DNA of 64,000 nt from Vicinamibacteria bacterium (GTDB lineage Bacteria > Acidobacteriota > Vicinamibacteria > Marinacidobacterales > Marinacidobacteraceae): the NCBI GenBank assembly GCA_965115855.1, contig OZ220470.1, positions 1,335,376 to 1,399,375 of the forward strand. The letters are read 5' to 3'. The notes beneath the pieces are model-generated. The model worked only from the letters and a program-made list of their open reading frames with translations, did not search any database and was not told the DNA's origin. This document shows positions 37,990-47,448 of this stretch, one piece after another. How positions within the stretch are numbered: position 1 is the first letter of the stretch; each line of letters opens with the position of its first letter. Position numbers and translations under genes: made by a program.

Positions 37990-38919
37990 TCAGTCCGGAA
38001 TCCGCAGGCGGCGGAGCTTCCGCCACAGCCCCTGCCGGGTGATTCCGAGTTCCCGGGCCGCCCGGCCCCGATGCCCGGCGGCCCGGGCGAGCGCCCGTAG
38101 AACAAGGAGCCGCTCGAACGCGTCACGGGCATCCGCGAGCCGGCGGAGCGCGAGCAGCGTCTCCAGCTTGTCGGACCGGGCCGCCTCCGGAGGTCGAAGA
38201 AACGGCCTCACCGCCGCGCGGGAAACCTCCCGGCCGGCATGGGTGGTCAGAAGGGCCAGCACCACCGACTCGAGTTCCCGGACGTTGCCGGGCCAGGGAT
38301 GGGCGGCCAGTCGGTCCAGCGCCTCCGCGGAAAATCGGACCCGATCCACCCGGTGGCGGCTGGCGAGACGGCGCGCGAGCGCGTCGGCGAGGAGCGGAAT
38401 ATCCGTCCGGCGGTCCCGCAGCGGAGGAACGCGGAGCCGGAACATGCCGAGCCGATGGAACAGGTCGGACCGGAATCCGCCCTCGAGGTTGCGGTTCGTC
38501 GCCGAAAGAAGACGGAAGTCGCTGGTCCGCAAACGGGTCTCGCCCACGCGCCGGTATTCGCGTTCCTGAAGGACCCGGAGCAGGACTGCCTGCCCCCGGG
38601 GAGGAAGCTCCCCCACCTCGTCGAGGAAAAGTGTCCCGCCGTCCGCCGCCTCGAAGAGGCCCGGGCGGGCAACCTCGGCTCCGGTGAACGCGCCCCGGGC
38701 GTGCCCGAAGAACTCGGACTCCAGCAGCGCTTCGGAAATCGCGGCGCAGTTGACCGCGACCAGCGGCCGACGCCGGCGGGGCCCCAGGCGGTGGACATGA
38801 CGGGCCAGCAGCTCCTTGCCGGTCCCGGTTTCGCCCTGGATGAGCACCGGCACATCGAAGGGTGCGATCCGGGCCGCTTCGGCCAGCAGCCCGCGCATGG
38901 CCGGCGAACCGGCCACCAT
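37990..38919 (-). CDS. Sigma-54 enhancer-binding protein (AAA+ and Fis HTH, no sensor domain)
   Basis: [40 protein letters not shown]. Start uncertain. Confidence 0.85.
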   Translation of the reverse strand: MVAGSPAMRGLLAEAARIAPFDVPVLIQGETGTGKELLARHVHRLGPRRRRPLVAVNCAAISEALLESEFFGHARGAFTGAEVARPGLFEAADGGTLFLDEVGELPPRGQAVLLRVLQEREYRRVGETRLRTSDFRLLSATNRNLEGGFRSDLFHRLGMFRLRVPPLRDRRTDIPLLADALARRLASRHRVDRVRFSAEALDRLAAHPWPGNVRELESVVLALLTTHAGREVSRAAVRPFLRPPEAARSDKLETLLALRRLADARDAFERLLVLRALARAAGHRGRAARELGITRQGLWRKLRRLRIPD

Positions 38920-38929
38920 CCCCGCGGGA

Positions 38930-41332
38930 TCAGCCGCGCTCGCGGACAACGGCGCCGTGCCCTGCCCGGAGCCGCTTGAGCAGCGAGCGCCGGATCCTGG
39001 CGATGTCCTTTTCTCCCAAGGTCCGATCGGGAGCCTGGTATCGAACCGAGACTCCGAGCGACCGCTTTCCCCCGTCGAGGGGCCAATCGTCGAATACCCG
39101 CGCGGACGCCACCAGCGGATGGCTGCGGATCTCCCTCGTGATGTCTCCGGCGCCGGTCCCCGGTTCGATGACAAGCGCGAAGTCCTCGACCGCCGAAGGG
39201 TGCCGCGACACCGGGTGCGTCGTCACCGGGGCGGTGATTCCGGGGTGGATGGCGAGCAACCCGGTCAGGTCCACTTCCCAGAGAAACACCGCCGGCTCGA
39301 TGCCGAACCGTTCCGCGAGTTCGGGATGGACCTGACCGATCAACCCGATGGCGCTGTCCCCGGTCCGCACCGAAGCCACTCGTCCGGGCACCCAGCCGAA
39401 CCCATCCTCCGGCAGGTACTCGGCCTCGACGCCGAGACCGGTGAGCAGCCGCTCCAGGGTCGCCTTGGCGTCGAAGAAATCGAGTGCCTCCGGCCCGGGG
39501 CCGCCCCAGCGGTCCTCCCGTGCTCCGGCGAGAACACCGGCCGCGATTTCGACTTCCCGGGGGCCGACATCGTCCTGCGGCGTCCAGACCCGGGAAACCT
39601 CGAAGAGACGGAGGCTCCGCAACCCGAAGTCCAGGTTCCGCGCCAGCGTCCGGAAGAGGCCCGGTCCGAGCGAGAGGCGGAGGCAGTCACGACCGGTGTT
39701 CAGCGGATTGCGCACCGTGTACGGCGGATTCCGGTCGAGCTCGCCCTCGGGAAGCACCGCAGCGAGGTCCTCCCGCGAAACCAGCGTATAGGTCTGCACT
39801 TCCCGCAGGCCCGCTGCCGCAAGCAGGTCCCGCACCCGTTCCCGCAGCGCCCGGGCCGGGAGCGGGGGCCGAGGGGGGACGGACCCGACGAGGGGCGTCG
39901 CCGGCAGGTCGTCATACCCGGTGACCCGGGCCACTTCCTCGACCAGATCGTCGGGCGCCCGCACATCGGCGCGCCAGCAAGGAACCTCGACCTCCAGCTC
40001 CTCGCCGGCATCCCGCACTCCGAAACCCAGACCGGCGAGTGCGTTCTCCACTGTCTCCGCCGGCGGATTCATGCCGAGAACCTGCGGCACCCGGGAGCGC
40101 CGGAGGCGGATGCGCACCGGTTCCGGCGGAACGGGGAAGACATCCACCAGTCCGGAAGCCACCCGGCCTCCGGCATGCTCCTCAAGCAGGCGGCACACCC
40201 GGGCGGAAGCGACCGGCGCCATCTCCGGCGGAAGCCCCCAGGCAAAACGGCGGGCGGCATCGGACATGAGATCGAACTCCCGGGCCGTCCGGCGCACGTT
40301 CGTCGGATGGAAATTGGCAACTTCCAGCAGCACGTTCCGGGTGGACTCGGTGATCTCGCTGTCCCGACCGCCCATGACCCCGGCGAGGGCGAGGGGACCG
40401 CTGGCGTCGGCGATCACCAGGTGCTCCGGGGCGAGCGGGCGTTCCACCCCGTCGAGCGTGGTGAGCCGCTCTCCGGGATCGGCCCGGCGCACCAGGATGT
40501 GCCGGTCCCGCACCTTGTCGGCATCGAAGGCATGCACCGGCTGCCCGAGCTCGAGCATGACGTAGTTGGTGACATCCACCAGGTTGTTGATCGGACGCAT
40601 GCCGGCCGCCGCCAGCCGCTCCGCCATCCAGCCCGGCGAGGGGCCGGGAGTCACGTCCTCGATGAGCGCGAGGGTGAAGCGGGGGCAGAGGTCCGGCGCC
40701 AGGATCTCGGCGGTGGCCCGGCCGGCGACCGGCGGCCCCAGGCTCTCCCTCTCGAGCGGCGGCATGCCGAACGTCGACCCGGTGAGCGCAGCGATCTCGC
40801 GAGCCACGCCGGCGACGGAGAGCGCATCGGCCCGATTGGGCGTGAGATCGAAGACGAGAACCCGATCACCGAGCACGTCGGCGAGCGGAGTTCCGGGGGG
40901 GCGATCCGTGTCGAGAACCAGGATGCCCTCGTGTTCGGCGGAGAGGCCGAGTTCCGCCTCGGAACAGACCATGCCTCCCGAGACCACTCCCCGGATGCGG
41001 GATTTCTTCAGGCGGCGCGGTTTTCCGGTGCGCGGATCCGCCAGCAGAGCACCCTCACCGGCGAAGGCAATGGCCTGTCCCCCGGCCACGTTCGAGGCGC
41101 CGCAAACGACGGTCTGTTCGCCGCCCCGCTCCACGGTGACCAGCCGAAGCCGGTCGGCATTCGGGTGCGGGCGCACCGCGAGCACCCGCCCCACCACGAC
41201 TCCGGGCCACGCGGCTCCCACCCGGTCGATCGAGGTGACCTCGAGGCCGGCGAAGGTGAGGCGGCGTGCGAGCCCCTCCACATCACCGGGAAGATCCACC
41301 AGTTCCCCGAGCCAGCCAAGCGGAACGCGCAT
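38930..41332 (-). CDS. pheT: Phenylalanine-tRNA ligase beta subunit
   Basis: HPNADRL, VVCGA.N, TPNRAD, INN.VD.TNY, B5 DLVEEVAR..GY, C-terminal FDX-ACB domain. Confidence 0.95.
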   Translation of the reverse strand: MRVPLGWLGELVDLPGDVEGLARRLTFAGLEVTSIDRVGAAWPGVVVGRVLAVRPHPNADRLRLVTVERGGEQTVVCGASNVAGGQAIAFAGEGALLADPRTGKPRRLKKSRIRGVVSGGMVCSEAELGLSAEHEGILVLDTDRPPGTPLADVLGDRVLVFDLTPNRADALSVAGVAREIAALTGSTFGMPPLERESLGPPVAGRATAEILAPDLCPRFTLALIEDVTPGPSPGWMAERLAAAGMRPINNLVDVTNYVMLELGQPVHAFDADKVRDRHILVRRADPGERLTTLDGVERPLAPEHLVIADASGPLALAGVMGGRDSEITESTRNVLLEVANFHPTNVRRTAREFDLMSDAARRFAWGLPPEMAPVASARVCRLLEEHAGGRVASGLVDVFPVPPEPVRIRLRRSRVPQVLGMNPPAETVENALAGLGFGVRDAGEELEVEVPCWRADVRAPDDLVEEVARVTGYDDLPATPLVGSVPPRPPLPARALRERVRDLLAAAGLREVQTYTLVSREDLAAVLPEGELDRNPPYTVRNPLNTGRDCLRLSLGPGLFRTLARNLDFGLRSLRLFEVSRVWTPQDDVGPREVEIAAGVLAGAREDRWGGPGPEALDFFDAKATLERLLTGLGVEAEYLPEDGFGWVPGRVASVRTGDSAIGLIGQVHPELAERFGIEPAVFLWEVDLTGLLAIHPGITAPVTTHPVSRHPSAVEDFALVIEPGTGAGDITREIRSHPLVASARVFDDWPLDGGKRSLGVSVRYQAPDRTLGEKDIARIRRSLLKRLRAGHGAVVRERG

Positions 41333-41333
41333 C

Positions 41334-42335
41334 TCAGAACTGGCGGAGAAACCGCACGTCGTTTTCGTAGAACCGGCGGATGTCGCGGATCCCGTGGCGC
41401 AGCATGGCGATCCGCTCCACGCCGAGGCCAGCGGCGAATCCGGTATGGATCTCCGGGTCGTACCCCATGTTGGCGAGGATCCCGGGATGCACCATTCCGG
41501 CTCCCAGAATCTCGATCCACCCGTCGGGGCTGCTGATCGAGACCTCCACGCCGGGTTCCACGAAGGGGAAGTAATCGCAGCGGAAGCGGATCTCCCGCTC
41601 ACCGAACAGTTGGCGAACGAACTGGAGCAAGGTCCCCTTGAGATGGGACATCGCAAGTCCCCGGTCCACCGCGAGCACCTCGGTCTGGGTGATCATCCAT
41701 TCGTGGGTGGCGTCGGTCGCTTCGTTCCGATAGGTGCGCCCCGGGGCGATGACCCGGACCGGGGGTTCGCGGGTCTCCATGAACCGGATCTGGTTGGGAG
41801 AGGTGTGGGTGCGGAGCAGGAGCGGGCGCTCCCCTTCCCCGGTCTCCAGGTAGAAGGTGTCCATGGAATCGCGCGCCGGATGGTCTGCCGGGATCCGCAG
41901 CGCGTCGAAGTTGTAGTACTCGGTCTCGACTTCGGGCCCCTCGATCACATGGAACCCCATGCCGGCGAACGCCTCCACGATCGCCCGCTCGGTCAGGGTG
42001 ATCGGGTGCAGACTGCCCTCGGGCGACGGGCGGCCGGGCAGGCTGACGTCGAGCGGGGCAAGCGCCTCGGTGCGCCGCGCCTTGAGTGCCGCAACCCGCT
42101 GCCGGTGCGCCTTCTGGAGCTCCTCCTTGAAGCGGTTCAGCGCCAGGCCGGCGGCGGCCCGCTCCCCCGGGGGGAGTTTGCCCACAAGGCGAAGGCTCAG
42201 CGACAGCCGCGACTTGCGGCCAAGGTGGGTGATGCGCCAGTCCTCGACGGCGGACTCGTCCCGGAGGCCGGCGAGTTCCTCGAGGGCGCGGGAGACTTCG
42301 GGCCCGGAGAGCGGACCATCTTCGGAATCGGGCAC
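41334..42335 (-). CDS. pheS: Phenylalanine-tRNA ligase alpha subunit
   Basis: HPARD..DTF, LRTHTS, DATH, FPFVEP, WIEILGAGMVHP, GVERIAML. GTG start inferred. Confidence 0.95.
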   Translation of the reverse strand: MPDSEDGPLSGPEVSRALEELAGLRDESAVEDWRITHLGRKSRLSLSLRLVGKLPPGERAAAGLALNRFKEELQKAHRQRVAALKARRTEALAPLDVSLPGRPSPEGSLHPITLTERAIVEAFAGMGFHVIEGPEVETEYYNFDALRIPADHPARDSMDTFYLETGEGERPLLLRTHTSPNQIRFMETREPPVRVIAPGRTYRNEATDATHEWMITQTEVLAVDRGLAMSHLKGTLLQFVRQLFGEREIRFRCDYFPFVEPGVEVSISSPDGWIEILGAGMVHPGILANMGYDPEIHTGFAAGLGVERIAMLRHGIRDIRRFYENDVRFLRQF

Positions 42336-42421
42336 GGACAGATCCCGGCCCCTCGGAGACCGGGTGGCGGAGTATAGGGCCCGACGCGGGCCGGTCCGAA
42401 GCTCCATACTTCGGGCTTCCC

Positions 42422-43564
42422 GTGCCCCGATTCCGCTATCCCAGGTCCCTGATCGCCGACGAGGAGTGGGAGTACGCGCAGGCAGTGCGCGAATTCGCAG
42501 CCGGGGAAATCGCCCCCGAAAGCGGCGCCATGGAGCGCGCCGGCCGCATTCCGGCGCCCCTGACGGAACGGCTTGCCGATTTCGGCCTCTTCGGCGTCAC
42601 CGTTCCGGAGAAGTTCGGCGGAACCGGGTTCGATTTCTTCCACCTGGTGCTCACCGTGGAGGAACTGGCGCGTGCCGACGCGGCGGTGTCGCTGCTGGTG
42701 GATGTCCACGGCACCCTGATCGTCAATGCGGTGAGCCAGTTCGGAACGAAGGCGCAGCGCGACGAACTTCTCCCGCAGCTCGCCGGAGGCCGGATCGGGG
42801 CGTTTTCGCTTTCCGAGGCGGAAGCCGGAAGCGACGCCTTCGCGCTCCGGGCAACCGCCAGGGAAACCGAAGGCGGATTCGTCCTGAACGGCGCCAAGGC
42901 GTGGGTTTCCGGCGGGCGGGAAGCAGGGCTCTTCCTGATCTTCGCCCGTGCCCGGGAAGGCGTGACCGGTTTTCTGGTGGACGCCGCAACCCCCGGACTC
43001 CGGGTGGGGCCGCCGGAGGACAAGGTCGGCCTCCGCGCTTCCTCGACCACCCCCCTCTACCTCGAGGACTGCCTTGTTCCCCGGGACCGGATGCTCGGAC
43101 GGCCGGGACAGGGCCGCCGCATTGCGCTCGCCCTCCTGAACGAAGGGCGGATCGGAATCGCCGCCCAGCTCGTCGGTATCGGACAGGCGGCCCTCGACCT
43201 GGCGCTCGCCCACGCCGGGGAACGCCGGGCTTTCGGGGAGCCGATCTTCAGTTTCCAGGGAGTCTCGTTCGGGCTCGCCGACGCCGCCACCCGCCTCGAA
43301 AGCGCCCGGGTGCTCACCTGGAACGCCGCCCGGCTGGTGGATGAGGGCGGCGACCCGCACCGGGCGGCGGCGATGGCCAAGCTCACTGCCCAGCGGATGG
43401 CGGAGTGGGTGACTTCGCTCGCAGTGGAAGTGCTCGGCGGCATCGGATACACCAACGCCTCCCCCGCCGGAAAACTCTGGCGCGACGCCAAGGCGGGCAC
43501 CATCTACGAAGGAACCGCCAACATGCAGCTCCTGACGATCGCCCACACCCTGAAACGAAGCTGA
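42422..43564 (+). CDS. Acyl-CoA dehydrogenase (short/branched-chain type)
   Basis: FSLSEAEAGSD, LNGAKAW, EDKVGLRAS, GRIGIAAQ, IYEGT.NMQ. Confidence 0.92.
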   Translation: MPRFRYPRSLIADEEWEYAQAVREFAAGEIAPESGAMERAGRIPAPLTERLADFGLFGVTVPEKFGGTGFDFFHLVLTVEELARADAAVSLLVDVHGTLIVNAVSQFGTKAQRDELLPQLAGGRIGAFSLSEAEAGSDAFALRATARETEGGFVLNGAKAWVSGGREAGLFLIFARAREGVTGFLVDAATPGLRVGPPEDKVGLRASSTTPLYLEDCLVPRDRMLGRPGQGRRIALALLNEGRIGIAAQLVGIGQAALDLALAHAGERRAFGEPIFSFQGVSFGLADAATRLESARVLTWNAARLVDEGGDPHRAAAMAKLTAQRMAEWVTSLAVEVLGGIGYTNASPAGKLWRDAKAGTIYEGTANMQLLTIAHTLKRS

Positions 43565-43594
43565 AGGTCCGGTCCCACGGCGACGCAGTGTCCC

Positions 43595-45857
43595 GGATCC
43601 GCGCGCTCCCCGCCGAACAACCTGACCGGGCGGAAGTGTCGAACGCTCCCGACGGGAACGTGACTCCGGATCCCCTCTCTTCCCTTCGGGCGGGATCCGC
43701 GCCGACGCATCCTTCGGACCAACGGACGGGTCCGCGCGCTCCACGCCGAACAACCTGACCAGGCGGAAGTGCGAACGCTCCCGACGGAAACGAGACTCCG
43801 GATCCCCCCTCACTGCCTTCCGGTGGAGACTTGCGCCGACGCATCCTTCGGGCCGACCGACGGATCCGCGCGCTCCACGCGAACAACCTGACCGGGCGAA
43901 GGTGCGAACGCTCCCGACGGGAACGAGACTCCGGGTCACCTCTCTTCCCTTCGGGCGTGATCCGCGCCGACGCATCCTTCGGACCAACGGACGGGTCCGC
44001 GCGCTCCCCGCCGAACAACCTGACCAGGCGGAAGTGCGAACGCTCCCGACGGGAACGAGACTCCGGATCCCCCTCACCTCCCTCCGGTGGGGACTTGCGC
44101 CGACGCATCCTTCGGAACGACGGACGGATCCGTGCGCTCCATGCGAACAACCTGACCGGGCGGAGGTGCAAACGCTCCCGACGGAAACGAGACTCCGGGG
44201 CCCCTCTCTTCCCTTCGGTGGGAATCCGCGCCGGCGCATCCGCCGGACCGACGGTCGGATCCGCACGCTCCCCGCGAACAACCTGACCGGGCGGAGGTGT
44301 CGAACGCTCCCGACGGAAACGAGACTCCGGGTCACCCTCTCTTCCCTTCGGTGGGAATCCGCGCCGGCGCATCCGCCGGGCCGACGGTCGGATCCGCGCG
44401 CTCCACGCGAACAACCTGACCGGGCGGAGGTGCAAACGCTCCCGACGGAAACGAGACTCCGGGGCCCCTCTCTTCCCTTCGGTCGGGATCCGCGCCGGCG
44501 CATCCGCCGGACCGACGGTCGGATCCACGCGCTCCACGCGAACAACCTGACCGGGCGGAGGTGCAAACGCTCCCGACGGAAACGAGACTCCGGGGCCCCT
44601 CTCTTCCCTTCGGTCGGGATCCGCGCCAGCGCATCCTTCGGAACGACGGTCGGATTCGCACGCTCCACGCGAACAACGTGACCGGGCGGAAGTGCGAACG
44701 CTCCCGACGGAAACGAGACTCCGGGTCACCTCTCTTCCCTTCAGTCGGGATCCGCGCCGACGCATCCTTCGGACCAACGGTCGGATCCGCACGCTCCCCG
44801 CGAACAACCTGACCGGGCGGAGGTGTCGAACGCTCCCGACGGAAACGAGACTCCGGGTCACCCGCACTTCCCTTCGGTCGGGGTCCGCGCCGGCGCATCC
44901 GCCGGACCGACGGTCGGATCCGCGCGCTCCACGCGAACAACCTGACCGGGCGAAGGTGCGAACGCTCGCTCCACGCGAACAACCGACGGGAACAAGACTC
45001 CGGGTCACCCGCACTTCCCTTCGGTCGGGATCCGCGCCGGCGCATCCGCCGGACCGACGGACGGATCCGCGCGCTCCACGCGAGCAAACTGACCGGGCGG
45101 AGGTGCGAACGCTCCCGACGGAAACGAGACTCCGGGTCACCCTCTCTTCCCTTTGGTGGGAATCCGCGCCAGCGCATCCTTCGGACCGACGGTCGGATCC
45201 GCACGCTCCACGCGAACAACCTGACCGGGCGGAGGTGTCGAACGCTCCCGACGGAAACGAGACTCCGGGTCACCCTCTCTTCCCTTCGGTGGGAATCCGC
45301 GCCGACGCATCCGCCGGACCGACGGTCGGATCCACGCGCTCCCCGCGAACAACCTGACCGGGCGGAGGTGCAAACGCTCCCGACGGGAACGAGACTCCGG
45401 GTCACCCGCACTTCCCTTCGGTCGGGATCCGCGCCGACGCATCCTTCGGACCGACGGTCGGATCCGCGCGCTCCCCGCGAACAACCTGACCGGGCGGAGG
45501 TGTCGAACGCTCCCGACGGGAACGAGACTCCGGGTCACCCTCTCTTCCCTTCGGTGGGAATCCGCGCCGGCTCATCCGTCGGACCGACGGACGGATCCGC
45601 GCGCTCCCCGCGAACAACCTGACCGGGCGAAGGTGCGAACGCTCCCGACGGGAACGAGACTCCGGATCCCCCTCTCTTCCCTCCGGTGGGGACTTGCGCC
45701 GACGCATCCGTCGGGCCGACCGACGGATCCGTGCGCTCCCCGCGAACAACCTGACCGGGCGAAGGTGCGAACGCTCCCGACGGGAACGAGACTCCGGATC
45801 CCCCCTCTCTTCCCTCCGGTGGGGACTTGCGCCGACGCATCCTTCGGGCCGACGGAC
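43595..45857. repeat. Intergenic tandem array of 17 imperfect ~131-133-bp units
   Basis: Marker GAACAACCTGACC (with variants) recurs at about 43615, 43748, 43881, 44014, 44146, 44277, 44409, 44540, 44671, 44802, 44935, 45082, 45214, 45347, 45479, 45612 and 45744. Confidence 0.95.
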
Positions 45858-45959
45858 CCGCCTGCCCCGCGGGTTCGCCAGAACCATCCGTTCCCGACGC
45901 CCGGTGTCCCGCCATGTTATCCGCAGCAGGACGGCTCGTGCCAGAGTAAGCTCTGCTCC

Positions 45960-46535
45960 ATGAACGTCAGACTCCCGCGGCTCCGTCCACTCGGTTTTCT
46001 CCTTTTTCTCATGGCCGGGGGGACCGCAGTTGCCCAGCACGGGCCCGACCGCCAGGAGCGAATGAGCCATCCGTACGCCTGGCCGGCGGCCGGCGAGCTT
46101 GTCGAGAAATCGCACACGATCGTCGCCGGCGAGGTGACCGACACCCATTCGGCCTGGAACGGGGATCGCAGCGAGATCTTCACCACGGTGACGCTCCGGG
46201 TCGAGCAGACCCTCCGGGGCAGCGCGCGCCCCGACGTCCGGTTCCGGGTTCCCGGCGGGACCGTGGGCGACACCAGATTGACGGTGACCCATACCCCCCG
46301 GTTCGCGGTGGGCGAACGGGCCCTGGTGTTCCTGTCCGGAAATCCCGGTCGCTTGCCGCAGGTGACCGCCGGGGAAGCCGGCAAGCGCATCCTGCACAGG
46401 GACGAGGCCGGGAAGGAACACATCCTCCCGCCCCTCGCCGTCTCGGCTTCCCCGTCCGGGACGCCGGCGCTCCACACGCTGGACGAGTTCGCCGAATCCC
46501 TTCGGGATCCGGTGCTCCTCCACCAGCAGCGGTGA
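45960..46535 (+). CDS. Secreted hypothetical protein
   Basis: Signal peptide (..AVAQ); ELV..S..IV.GEV...IFT.VT..VE..L.G...PGGTVG...P.F..GER..VFL pattern. Confidence 0.65.
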   Translation: MNVRLPRLRPLGFLLFLMAGGTAVAQHGPDRQERMSHPYAWPAAGELVEKSHTIVAGEVTDTHSAWNGDRSEIFTTVTLRVEQTLRGSARPDVRFRVPGGTVGDTRLTVTHTPRFAVGERALVFLSGNPGRLPQVTAGEAGKRILHRDEAGKEHILPPLAVSASPSGTPALHTLDEFAESLRDPVLLHQQR

Positions 46536-46584
46536 CATCGACGCGGCGCGAAGGACCCTCCCTCCCCACCGCAGGAAATCGCAC

Positions 46585-47436
46585 ATGAAAAAGCTCGGCA
46601 TTGCCTTTCAGGGCCTGCCCGGCTCCTACTCCGACCTCGCCTGCCGCGATCTCTATCCGGGCCATGAGCCCCTTGCGTGCAGCACGCTGGTCGAGGCGTG
46701 CGCAGCGGTCACCGGGCACCGCGCCGAGATGGCCATGGTCCCGGTGGACAATTCGGTGGCCGGACCGGTGGCGGATGTCCATCGCCTCCTCCCCGGGTCC
46801 GGGCTCCATGTGGTCGCCGAGACCTTTCAGCGGGTACGACACCAGTTGCTGGGACTCCCCGGCGCCACCCTCGAGGGTCTTTCGACCGTTCACAGCCACG
46901 TGCACGCATTGGCGCAATGTCGCAAGCTGATCCAGCGGCTGAAACTCTCGTCCGTGATCGAGGCCGACACGGCGGGCGCCGCGGCGCGGGTTGCCACCGA
47001 CGGCGATCCGAGCCAGGCAGCCATCGCGTCGGCGCTGGCAGCGGAGATTCACGGACTCACGATTCTCGAGGCGGATGTCGAGGATTCCCCGCGCAACACC
47101 ACCCGCTTCCTGGTGATGGCGAGGGATCCCCGGGAGTCCTCGCCCGGCGAAGCGATGATCACCAGCCTGTTCTTCGAGGTGAAGAACATTCCGGCTGCGC
47201 TCTACAAGGCGCTCGGGGGATTCGCGACGAACGGAGTCAACCTGTTGCGGCTCGAGAGCACGATGCTGGATCGCTCGTTCACCTCCACCCGGTTCTTCTG
47301 CGATATCGACGGCCATCCGGAGGATCCGGGGGTGGAGCGGGCGCTGGACGAGCTCTGGTATTTCTCCAGTTCGGTCACGATCATCGGCTCCTACCCCGCC
47401 GACCCGATCCGTAGCCGGGCCGGACGTCCGGCCTGA
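46585..47436 (+). CDS. pheA: Prephenate dehydratase
   Basis: AFQG.PGSYS, PVDNS..G, SHVHALAQC, DTAGAA, NTTRFLV, ACT domain (PAALYKALGGFATNGVN..RLES). Confidence 0.92.
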   Translation: MKKLGIAFQGLPGSYSDLACRDLYPGHEPLACSTLVEACAAVTGHRAEMAMVPVDNSVAGPVADVHRLLPGSGLHVVAETFQRVRHQLLGLPGATLEGLSTVHSHVHALAQCRKLIQRLKLSSVIEADTAGAAARVATDGDPSQAAIASALAAEIHGLTILEADVEDSPRNTTRFLVMARDPRESSPGEAMITSLFFEVKNIPAALYKALGGFATNGVNLLRLESTMLDRSFTSTRFFCDIDGHPEDPGVERALDELWYFSSSVTIIGSYPADPIRSRAGRPA

Positions 47437-47448
47437 CCCGGGGGCGGA

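Noticed and set aside
43595-45857. Array as CRISPR, or the overlapping long ORFs (e.g. 42197..44668, 43383..45140) as proteins
   Set aside because: No unique spacers and no cas genes. Unit lengths of 131 and 133 bp shift the frame, and the translations are repetitive Arg/Pro/Gly text in all frames.
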